The notes beneath the pieces were generated by a model. The model did not search any database. It was not told the origin of the DNA and saw only the letters and a list, made by a program, of their open reading frames with translations. This document shows, one piece after another, positions 43,900 to 52,999 of a DNA stretch of 64,000 nucleotides; the stretch's first letter is position 1, and each line of letters begins with the position of its first letter. Source of the stretch: a virus; IMG/VR virus record IMGVR_UViG_3300045988_126112, positions 179,965 to 243,964 of that record. The stretch is one strand, 5' to 3'. Both the position numbers and the translations under genes were made by a program.

Positions 43900-46275
43900 A
43901 TGGCAACAATAACAGGAAAAACTATTGAAGAATTAAATTCTTCAAATTTTTTAAGTTCAGTAACAGGAAATGAAATAGTACCAGTATATGTAAGAGGTAC
44001 TGGAACTACAACTTTTCAATTAAAAGCACTTAAAGATTATTTGGGAGCTAATGATGATAAAACATATATCCCAATTACAGATGATAAAGGAGTAAACTAT
44101 AGAATCTATTTAAAAAATGGAGATTTAGTAAAGATAAAAGAAGATGCGTTTACTGGACGTACCCCATCTTCTGGAGAAAATAATTTATATGATGGTTTAA
44201 TAATCAATTCTATGTATGGTGCTGGTACTGAAGCTGGTGTAATAACTCCAGTTTCTCATAGTTTTATAGAATTATATAACTTCCAAGAACAAGAAATAAA
44301 TCTTAAAGGATTATATCTTTGGTATAGAGCTAAATCAGGAAACTGGCAATCTTTAGAATTACAAGGAATAATTCCAGCAAGACATTCATTTCTTATAAGA
44401 TGTGCTCAACAAATGGATCCTTATAGTGATTCAGTAACTGTTCCAATATTAGACTATGATATGGAATGGGATATTAAATTATCTAATCAAGGATTTTCTG
44501 TTTATCTTTGTATAGGTAGTGAAACACCAGAAGATAATCCATTAAGAAAAACATTAGACTCTTTAGGTCAAGTTTCTTCAACTAATGGTAGATATATAGA
44601 TTTATTAGGTGCTGGTGGAAAGAAAGAAGAGGAAACTGTATGGGCTTATGAAACTAGATATTTACATTGTATGGATAAAAATACTGGTATTCATAGAATA
44701 GACTATGCTAATAGTGGTACTAAAAATATAGGTTCAAATGCTTTAGTTAAACAAAATAATGAAGCTGACTGCGAACCAATAGATTACACTAATTGTGATA
44801 CAACTAAATATAGACCTAGAAGTTTAAAAGATGGTAGATGGACTGAGTTCTATGATAAAGTTACTCAATCTCAAACATCACCAGCATTAATAAATATATC
44901 TTTTGGTCAAGAAGATACTAGTAGATGTTTCTGCTTTAGAACACCAGTTGCTAGAGAAGGATTTGTTTATTATAGAAAAGTAGGAGAAAATTTATGGAAT
45001 AGTGAGCTTACTAGTATGAGTATTGTAAAAGATATGGAAGGTGTAAGTACTGTTCATAAAGCAAAAATAAGTAATTTAGAAGTTGGGATATATGAATATA
45101 AAGTAGGATATGAAGGTTGCTGTTCAGATATAGCAACATTTGAAGTTAAAAATTATAATAATCAAGAGCAAACAATTAATATGCTATGGACTTCAGACCA
45201 ACAAAGCTGGACTGAAAGAGAATATGATGTATGGAAAATAGCTGCTCAACATTTAAGACAAAATAATGGTTATAAGAAATATGATTTCCATTTAAATACA
45301 GGAGATATATCTCAAAATGGTAATAGATGTTGGGAATGGAGATTATATTATAATTATTCTGGAGAATTAGTAAGAAATATTCCTCATATGATAACTGCTG
45401 GTAATAATGACTTAGTATCTAAAAAATTTAGTGATGCTTATGAGCATTATATTTATGAAGATAAAAAATTTGCTAATTCAGTATATTATTTTGATTTAGG
45501 ATTTACTCATTTTATTTGTTTAAATAGTAATACAGATTTTACTTATGTAAATGGTAAAGGTACAGAAGGTGGATATGCAAGTACTGATGCATTCCTTCAA
45601 GCACAAATGGATTGGTTTGATCAACATATGACAGAAGTTAATCAAAGAGAAACTAAGCCTAGATGGGTAATAGTTTATGCTCATTTATCTCCATTTACAG
45701 TTGGTAGAACTATAAGACTTCAAAGATGGGTAGCTCATTTTGAAAAATGGAAAATAGATTTAGTTCTATGTGGTCATAACCATGCATATTCTAGAAGTAA
45801 AGCATTAAAAACTGGATATGATTTTGATAAATCACCAGCTTATAATGATTATGTAACTAAAGTTAGTGGTAGTTCAGAATTAAAAATAGTAGATGAATTC
45901 CAAGCTGATGGTGTTACTGAAATAGATAGAAATGAACACAAAGCTGATGGTGTTGTTTATATATTAAACCATGCTTGTGGATTTAAACTTTCAGGTAAAG
46001 AAAAACCAATAACTCTACCTACATCATTACAAGGCACTAAACATGCAAATGCTGATGGAGCTCCATGGTGGATAGTTAAACAAAAATTACCAACTAATCC
46101 ATGCTATGCTACATTAAGTATAGGATATGATAAAATAGAATACAAATTCTATGAAATAACTGGTATTATAAAATATGACCAATATAAAAATACAATAGTA
46201 AGCGATGATTTATCAAAAATATCAGATAGCTTATTTGATCAACTTACTATAAATTATTCTGAAAGAAATAAATAG
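43900..46275 (+). CDS. lamin-tail-domain plus purple-acid-phosphatase-like metallophosphoesterase
   Basis: LTD signature SHSFIELYNFQEQEINLKGLYLWY. Metallophosphatase motifs GDISQNGN, GNND, VYAH, GHNHAYSR. Confidence 0.75.
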   Translation: MATITGKTIEELNSSNFLSSVTGNEIVPVYVRGTGTTTFQLKALKDYLGANDDKTYIPITDDKGVNYRIYLKNGDLVKIKEDAFTGRTPSSGENNLYDGLIINSMYGAGTEAGVITPVSHSFIELYNFQEQEINLKGLYLWYRAKSGNWQSLELQGIIPARHSFLIRCAQQMDPYSDSVTVPILDYDMEWDIKLSNQGFSVYLCIGSETPEDNPLRKTLDSLGQVSSTNGRYIDLLGAGGKKEEETVWAYETRYLHCMDKNTGIHRIDYANSGTKNIGSNALVKQNNEADCEPIDYTNCDTTKYRPRSLKDGRWTEFYDKVTQSQTSPALINISFGQEDTSRCFCFRTPVAREGFVYYRKVGENLWNSELTSMSIVKDMEGVSTVHKAKISNLEVGIYEYKVGYEGCCSDIATFEVKNYNNQEQTINMLWTSDQQSWTEREYDVWKIAAQHLRQNNGYKKYDFHLNTGDISQNGNRCWEWRLYYNYSGELVRNIPHMITAGNNDLVSKKFSDAYEHYIYEDKKFANSVYYFDLGFTHFICLNSNTDFTYVNGKGTEGGYASTDAFLQAQMDWFDQHMTEVNQRETKPRWVIVYAHLSPFTVGRTIRLQRWVAHFEKWKIDLVLCGHNHAYSRSKALKTGYDFDKSPAYNDYVTKVSGSSELKIVDEFQADGVTEIDRNEHKADGVVYILNHACGFKLSGKEKPITLPTSLQGTKHANADGAPWWIVKQKLPTNPCYATLSIGYDKIEYKFYEITGIIKYDQYKNTIVSDDLSKISDSLFDQLTINYSERNK

Positions 46276-46287
46276 GTGGTGATATAA

Positions 46288-49200
46288 ATGCCAAGATTAT
46301 ATATTGATGGAGAATGGAGAGAAGTTGTTAACTCCTCTAATTTTCCAATAATAAATCTTAGTAAATCATATAAGAGTCAATATCTTGAAGGTGCATTAGA
46401 AGAAATAGCTACTTGGAATAATAAAAGTTTAGAAAAGATAGCAACTATAAATACTACTTTAACTAAACACAAAAGTGATATTGATTATCTTAAAGAACAT
46501 GGTGGTGGAGGTTCAGGAGGTGGTGGAGGTGGAACAACACTTCCAACTATAACAACTACAACTGAATCTCCAATAGTTATAGATCCAGATGCCAATTTAG
46601 AAGTTTCAGTATTCTTTTCTTCTCCTAATTTAGGAGAAGGATTGGCATATATTTTATTTGACGATGCTGAAGTAGATACAATTAAAATAAAACAAGGTAA
46701 TAATGTTTTAAATTTAGGTAAGATGACTAATTTACAAACTAAAGTATCTGTATATGTAAGAGATAGAAGTCAATTAATGTCTAATATGATTTCTTGGACT
46801 GTAATAAGTGGTGGTATAGATTTAACATTAAATTTTGATTATGAAGCTGATTACATGATTGGTGATGAAATATTTATGGATTATGAAATATCTTCAGCTA
46901 CATCTAATCCAGTTAAATTAAAAATAAATATAGATGGAGATAATTATGAACAAGAATGTCAACAAGGATTCAACAGTTATGATTTATCTGAATTATCTGT
47001 TGGTGTCCATGTCATTAAGATATTTGCAACAGACGGAACATACACTTCTAAAACATATGAATTCAATGTTGTTGTAATTAACTCTGATTCATTATATTTA
47101 TCTACTACTTTTAAAGGTGGAAAATTTGATTATGGTGTACCAATAATGGTAAACTATCGTATATCTGATGGTAGTTTAAGAAAATTTGAAGTTAAATTAT
47201 ATTTAGATAATAAGATATATAAAACATTATCATCTTCAAGAGGTTCTTATTATTGGACTATAACAGATATGAATATTGGAAATCACACATTCAAAATAGA
47301 AGTAAATGCTGATGATGATCATAAAGTTGTAGAAGGTTCTTTTACTGTAGTAGAAGGAGATTATACTCCATTAAGTATAAATAAACAAGGATTGGTATTT
47401 AGATTAGACCCAACAACTAAAACTAATCAAGATGAAGATAGAGCTAATCCTACATTTAATGGTGTTGGATTGGAATTACATGGATTCAACTTCTCATCTA
47501 ATGGATGGGTTGATGGAGAGTTAGTATGTGATGGTGGTGCTTACGGTATAATTGATTATAGCCCATGGGCTGATAATGCTACTAGAGGTTCAACAATAGA
47601 AGTTTATTATAAATGCACAGACATAGGAATGGATCAAGCTAAAGTATTAGACTATTCTGATACTAAGAGTCAAAAAGGATTTAGTGTAGGATTAGACCAA
47701 TGTTCAATGCGTTCTATAGCTAATACTGGTATAGGATTTGTTAATCCAGATAAGTATATAAAAGTATCATTTGTTATAGATAGAAATAATAAATTTGCTC
47801 ATGTATATATAAATGGTGTTTGCTCAAGAAGTTTTCAATTAAATGATTCAGGTTCTGGTGTTGGAGCTATATATGAAGACTTTTCACATGATGGAAAAAT
47901 TTATATAAACTGTGATAGTTTAATGGCAAATATAGGTAGTTGTAGAATAAAGGATATATTAGTATATAGACGTGCTTTAAGTAAAGATGAAATATTAAAG
48001 AATACTTTAGCTTATGAACTTGATATGTCTGTACAAAAAATAAATTATAATTTTGAATTTAATAATAGTACATTATCAAAGATGAAAATGTATGGTAGTA
48101 CAGAAGGTATGAGTTTATATCAAGCTAATACAATGAGATTAAAATATGAATCAGCTAATACAGAAAAATATGGTCAGTCATTTGATTTACCTTATTGTCT
48201 AGTACAATGGCAAGGTACTTCATCAATAGCTTATTCTATAAAGAATTATCAAGCTACATTACGTGATACTGATATGAAAGAATATTTATATACTCCATAT
48301 CCAAATGGAATACCTGAAAGTATATTCTGTTTTAAAGCAGACTATATGGAAAGTTCACATGGTAGAAATAGTGGTATAGCTAAATTCTTAAATGATTGTG
48401 TATTTACAATTAAGAATCCAGCTCAATTAAAAGATGGTAGAGTTAGAAATGCTATAAATGGATTCCCAATGTTAATGTATATTAATGATGAATTAATTGG
48501 TATTTATAACTTTAATACAGATAGATATTCAGCTAAGACATATGGATATACTGATGAAGAAAAAACTTTAGTATATGAAATAGCTGCAAACTCTGACAGT
48601 ACTGCTGGTGCTTTCTTTAAATATACTGGTACTGGTGACCCAACTGCATATTATAAAGCTGACTTTATGTGCTTATATCCACCAACAAGAGCTGCAGGTA
48701 ATGATAACTTTACTGAGATAAAAAGCTTAGTTGAATGGGTTCATGATGCAAGTGATGAAGAATTTAAAGAAAACTTTGAAAAGCATTTTAATAAGAAATA
48801 TGTACTAAGATATTTAATATATGTAAATCTTATGGGTGCTGTCGATTCACTAGGTAAGAATATGAAATTAGCTTCTTGGGATGGAGGAAATATCTGGTAT
48901 ATTCAACCTTATGACTGTGATACAACTATTGGATTAGATAATAGTGGTGACTTAAGATTTAGTTCAGATATAGAAATAGGTGAAGCTGATACATTCAATA
49001 CTACAGCATCTAAACTATGGGAAAAAGTTATGAGAGTATTTGAAGAAGATATTAAAGCTGAATATGCTGAATTAAGAAGAACTACTTTAACTCTAGAAAA
49101 TATGTATAAATACATATTAGATGAGCAAATAAATAAAATTCCTAAATATTATTATAATAGAGATATGGAAAATAAATATCTTAAATATCCTACATGGATA

Positions 49201-52200
49201 TATGCTTTACATGGTGATGCAGGTTCTTTCATAGAACAATGGCTAAAAGATAGATTATTATACGTTGATACAATGTATGATTATAATGCTAGTACAGCTG
49301 ACTTTGTAACTCTTAGAGCTAGTAAATTTGGTAATGTATATGTAGATATACAAACATTTTGTTCAATGTATTTTACAATTAAATGGACAAATAAAGCTGG
49401 AGATACTCAAAAATTAAGAGTTAAAAAAGGTGAAACTGTAAGATTTAAAGCATATATGTCTACAGCAACTGACCAAGAAGTAATAGTTTATGGTGGTAAA
49501 TATATTAAATCTTTAGGAGATTTAAGTAATATGCAACCAGCAACATTATCTTTAGGTAATGCAACAAGGCTAACTAAATTAGTTTGTCATTCAGAAAAAT
49601 TATATAATACAGATATATCTAAATGTAGTAATTTAACTGAATTAGACTTATCAGATTGTACTCAATTAGGTAGTGGAGCATCAGCTCAACCTATATTAAA
49701 TGTAAGTAATTGTGCAAATATACAATCAGTAAATTGTAAGAATACACAAATAACTGAAGTACAATTAAATCCTAAAGGAAGTAATATAAAAGAATTAATA
49801 TTATCTAAAACTATTCAAACTATAACTTTAAACAACTGTCCAAATTTAAATGTTGTTGAATTAGAAGATGGTCATAATGTTAAAAATGTAGAAATTACTG
49901 ATTGTCCTGAATTAAAATTTGGAAATACTACTTCTGCTAATTTATCTGGAATTGTTAAATTAAGTTTAAATAATTCTTGTAATAATTTAAGAGAAATAGT
50001 AGTACAAGATACTTCAAATTTAAGTGAAATGAATATCTACAATAATGATTCAATAGAAAAAATTAGATTGGGTGTACAAGTATTTGATGATAATGTACCT
50101 TATACTCATGATAAAGCTCAAAGTGGAGAGAATATAACTATTAAAACTATAAGAGCAACAGCTTTAAAAGAATTAATAATTACTGGATATGGTAGACAAT
50201 CTAGTAGTGATTTTGAATTACCTACAAGACCTGCAAATAGTCCTGTAAATAGAAATAAGTATGATACATTTATATGTAACAATTTAGATTTATCTCAATC
50301 TACAATAGAATCTGTAAGTTTCTTAGCAGCATCATTAATTTATAATTTAAAAGCACCTATTACTTTGAAAAATCTTAGATGCAATAGTTATTATGATAAC
50401 GAAAGAACTGCATGGAATGGACTTGAAGGAACTAATCCTACATGTATATTTAACTTATATAATCCTGATAGTATTACTGTAGATTCTGAACAAAATATTT
50501 GGGATTTAACTGCATTAAATATAAATGATTTTGATATATATAATATTTGTACTGAAGATAATTGTTTAATTACAATGAAAAATATAAGTGCTAAATGTGT
50601 TAATTATCCTTTATCATTTAATTGTCATACAACAACAGTTTCTCCACAAGGAGTAGTTGATTATAGTGAATATAAAGGAACTACTTTAGAATATGCATTT
50701 TCAAATAGTAGTAGCGATAGTTTACAAATTATATTACCAGAATCATTTGAAACTGTAGAAAACTTTACAAAAGCATTCTATAATTGTAGACAAAATTGGA
50801 GTTGGAATAATGTAGCTACTATAATAAGTAATGCTCCAAAGATAAAAAAAATAGGAGACTTTACTTTTGCAAAAGCTAATTTAACTAATTCAGAAACTGT
50901 ATCATTTAAATCAACTAATAGAATTAATATTGGACAAAATTTATTTGAAGAAAGTAATTTAAATAATATTACAGAATTTAATTTCCCTAATGGGATACAA
51001 GTATATGATGATGCTTATGACTATGGAATATTTAATAGAAGTAATCTTGTTACTATTGGAGATATAACTTTAAATACTGGTAGATTAAAATATTTATTTA
51101 TGAGATCTCAAAATTTATTCTCAATAGGAAATATTAATATAGCTAATAATCCAGATACTTCAGCAGAATTAATGTGTGGATATTGCTCTAAATTACAAAA
51201 GATTGGAACAGTAAGAACTTCTAATATTGAAGTATTTAATAATGCTTTTAGGGAATGTACACAATTACAAAAATTAGAATTGGATGTTAGTAAAGCTGTA
51301 ACTATGGATTACATGTGTTATGGTGATTCAGCATTATCTACTATAATATTAAATAATCTAGATAAAAATACTACATTATCTACAATGAATTATAGTTTCT
51401 TTAGATGTGTAGCAGTTCAAGCTATAACAGGTGGAGATTTACTTCCTTCTAGTATAACTAGTACAAGATCTGCATACATGAACTGTAATTCATTGAAAAA
51501 AGCACCAATGCTTCCAGCAACATTAACTGGATATTTAGTATCAAACTATATGTGTTATAGTACAGCAATAAGTAGAGCTGGTAATCTTCCAGAAAGATTA
51601 ACTTCAGGCTCTTATATGTTTAGAAACACAGCTATTGAAGATGAAACAATAGTTTTACCATCAACAATAACTTCTGCATCATATATGTTTAGTAGTGCTG
51701 CAGCTAAGACATTAAATATAAATATACCAGCTGGTTGTAATGATATACAGGGAATATTAGACTCAGCAACTTGTGAAATTATTAATTTAAATATGGAAGA
51801 TCCATCTAATGTAAGATCTATAGTACAATTCATTGGTTCTAATAACCCTAATTTAATTGAATTAAACAATTTAAATCTATATAATTCTAAAGGATTAGAT
51901 TACATTTATTGTCCAAATTTGAACGTTATAACATTTACTAATAATAGTGAAATTATAGATTCATTAAATGTGGCAAATACTAAATTAAACTTAACAACTA
52001 TAGAAAAAATAATTAATATCTTATGGGATGCAACTGGATGGGAAGAATACGAAGATGTAACTCAAGAAGATGGAACAGTTATAAAAGTTAAGAAAGTAAA
52101 AACACTATTATTAGGCTCTGCTAATATGAACACCTTAAAGAATTCTCCAAGAGGAAGTGAAATCTTAGCAATAGGAGTTAATAAAAATTGGACTATATCA

Positions 52201-52206
52201 GCATAA
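46288..52206 (+). CDS. giant host-interaction protein: Gly linker, Ig-like repeats, LamG-like, CotH-like, LRR and BspA-type LRR regions
   Basis: DYLKEHGGGGSGGGGGG. LamG-type ending ILVYRRALSKDEI. CotH-type YLIYVNLMGAVDSLGKNMKLASWDGGNIWYIQPYDCDTTIG. LRR runs (CSNLTELDLSDCTQL, NCPNLNVVELE). Confidence 0.7.
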   Translation: MPRLYIDGEWREVVNSSNFPIINLSKSYKSQYLEGALEEIATWNNKSLEKIATINTTLTKHKSDIDYLKEHGGGGSGGGGGGTTLPTITTTTESPIVIDPDANLEVSVFFSSPNLGEGLAYILFDDAEVDTIKIKQGNNVLNLGKMTNLQTKVSVYVRDRSQLMSNMISWTVISGGIDLTLNFDYEADYMIGDEIFMDYEISSATSNPVKLKINIDGDNYEQECQQGFNSYDLSELSVGVHVIKIFATDGTYTSKTYEFNVVVINSDSLYLSTTFKGGKFDYGVPIMVNYRISDGSLRKFEVKLYLDNKIYKTLSSSRGSYYWTITDMNIGNHTFKIEVNADDDHKVVEGSFTVVEGDYTPLSINKQGLVFRLDPTTKTNQDEDRANPTFNGVGLELHGFNFSSNGWVDGELVCDGGAYGIIDYSPWADNATRGSTIEVYYKCTDIGMDQAKVLDYSDTKSQKGFSVGLDQCSMRSIANTGIGFVNPDKYIKVSFVIDRNNKFAHVYINGVCSRSFQLNDSGSGVGAIYEDFSHDGKIYINCDSLMANIGSCRIKDILVYRRALSKDEILKNTLAYELDMSVQKINYNFEFNNSTLSKMKMYGSTEGMSLYQANTMRLKYESANTEKYGQSFDLPYCLVQWQGTSSIAYSIKNYQATLRDTDMKEYLYTPYPNGIPESIFCFKADYMESSHGRNSGIAKFLNDCVFTIKNPAQLKDGRVRNAINGFPMLMYINDELIGIYNFNTDRYSAKTYGYTDEEKTLVYEIAANSDSTAGAFFKYTGTGDPTAYYKADFMCLYPPTRAAGNDNFTEIKSLVEWVHDASDEEFKENFEKHFNKKYVLRYLIYVNLMGAVDSLGKNMKLASWDGGNIWYIQPYDCDTTIGLDNSGDLRFSSDIEIGEADTFNTTASKLWEKVMRVFEEDIKAEYAELRRTTLTLENMYKYILDEQINKIPKYYYNRDMENKYLKYPTWIYALHGDAGSFIEQWLKDRLLYVDTMYDYNASTADFVTLRASKFGNVYVDIQTFCSMYFTIKWTNKAGDTQKLRVKKGETVRFKAYMSTATDQEVIVYGGKYIKSLGDLSNMQPATLSLGNATRLTKLVCHSEKLYNTDISKCSNLTELDLSDCTQLGSGASAQPILNVSNCANIQSVNCKNTQITEVQLNPKGSNIKELILSKTIQTITLNNCPNLNVVELEDGHNVKNVEITDCPELKFGNTTSANLSGIVKLSLNNSCNNLREIVVQDTSNLSEMNIYNNDSIEKIRLGVQVFDDNVPYTHDKAQSGENITIKTIRATALKELIITGYGRQSSSDFELPTRPANSPVNRNKYDTFICNNLDLSQSTIESVSFLAASLIYNLKAPITLKNLRCNSYYDNERTAWNGLEGTNPTCIFNLYNPDSITVDSEQNIWDLTALNINDFDIYNICTEDNCLITMKNISAKCVNYPLSFNCHTTTVSPQGVVDYSEYKGTTLEYAFSNSSSDSLQIILPESFETVENFTKAFYNCRQNWSWNNVATIISNAPKIKKIGDFTFAKANLTNSETVSFKSTNRINIGQNLFEESNLNNITEFNFPNGIQVYDDAYDYGIFNRSNLVTIGDITLNTGRLKYLFMRSQNLFSIGNINIANNPDTSAELMCGYCSKLQKIGTVRTSNIEVFNNAFRECTQLQKLELDVSKAVTMDYMCYGDSALSTIILNNLDKNTTLSTMNYSFFRCVAVQAITGGDLLPSSITSTRSAYMNCNSLKKAPMLPATLTGYLVSNYMCYSTAISRAGNLPERLTSGSYMFRNTAIEDETIVLPSTITSASYMFSSAAAKTLNINIPAGCNDIQGILDSATCEIINLNMEDPSNVRSIVQFIGSNNPNLIELNNLNLYNSKGLDYIYCPNLNVITFTNNSEIIDSLNVANTKLNLTTIEKIINILWDATGWEEYEDVTQEDGTVIKVKKVKTLLLGSANMNTLKNSPRGSEILAIGVNKNWTISA

Positions 52207-52223
52207 GAAAGGAGGAAACATTA

Positions 52224-52523
52224 ATGTATATTAAAATGGAAAATGGATTAAGAGTTTTATATCCAGACAATGAAAAAAATGTATTAAGATCTAGACTTAC
52301 TAATGATAAATTTCATTACGTGTTTCTTTCTAGGGATGATTCTGAGGAGAATTATACAGAAGAAACTTTAGAATGTGATACAGGAATGGAAAGTGTATTA
52401 GTAATAGTAGAAAATGCTAGAAATAAAAAATTAAATGATTTAAATGCAAGATATGAATTGTTAAAAACTAAAATAAAAAATGCTAAAACTACAGAAGAAA
52501 TAACTTCAATAAATATATTTTAA
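52224..52523 (+). CDS. hypothetical small protein
   Basis: AAGGAGG 9 nt before the ATG at 52224. The track start at 52188 overlaps the previous gene. Confidence 0.5.
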   Translation: MYIKMENGLRVLYPDNEKNVLRSRLTNDKFHYVFLSRDDSEENYTEETLECDTGMESVLVIVENARNKKLNDLNARYELLKTKIKNAKTTEEITSINIF

Positions 52524-52680
52524 TAAAGAGACCACTATGGATAACATAGTGGTCTATCTTTTTATTTTTAACTATAAATTAATAAATTTGAAAGGAGGTA
52601 ATAGGTAATGCATAAAAAAGATGTATTAAAGATATTAAAAAATCTTCCAGACAATACTAAAGAATATATTGATAATTTAA
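52524..52680 (+). repeat. junction cassette A1 (terminator, spacer, RBS, anchor-peptide codons)
   Basis: Aligns over about 160 bp with 57617..57775, with scattered substitutions. Confidence 0.8.
52529..52570 (+). terminator. intrinsic terminator (part of junction cassette A1)
   Basis: AGACCACTATG gataa CATAGTGGTCT, then ATCTTTTTATTTTT. Confidence 0.85.
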
Positions 52681-52988
52681 TTAAAGTTGTTAGTAATAAA
52701 CTCGATAATACAGATTTATATTTTGATGAAGAAAATAATAAAGCATACATCAAAAAAAGTGACGGAACTTTGCAAGGAACTGGTATGACGCTTCCGACAG
52801 GTGGTGGAAATATATCAGATGATATAATATCAGAAAAAACAACTTGGAGTTCTTCAAAAGTAAAACAAGAACTAAATAATATGAGCAATTCTATTGATGT
52901 AACTTATGATGAAACAAATAAAGAAATAATAGTTACATCTAATAGAGTTTCTTATGATGAAGCTAATAAACAAATAATATTAAGTTAG
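52608..52988 (+). CDS. short fibre protein (KNLPDNTK anchor family)
   Basis: MHKKDVLKILKNLPDNTKEYIDNL. TWSSSKV motif. Confidence 0.6.
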   Translation: MHKKDVLKILKNLPDNTKEYIDNLIKVVSNKLDNTDLYFDEENNKAYIKKSDGTLQGTGMTLPTGGGNISDDIISEKTTWSSSKVKQELNNMSNSIDVTYDETNKEIIVTSNRVSYDEANKQIILS

Positions 52989-52999
52989 GGGTGATAATT

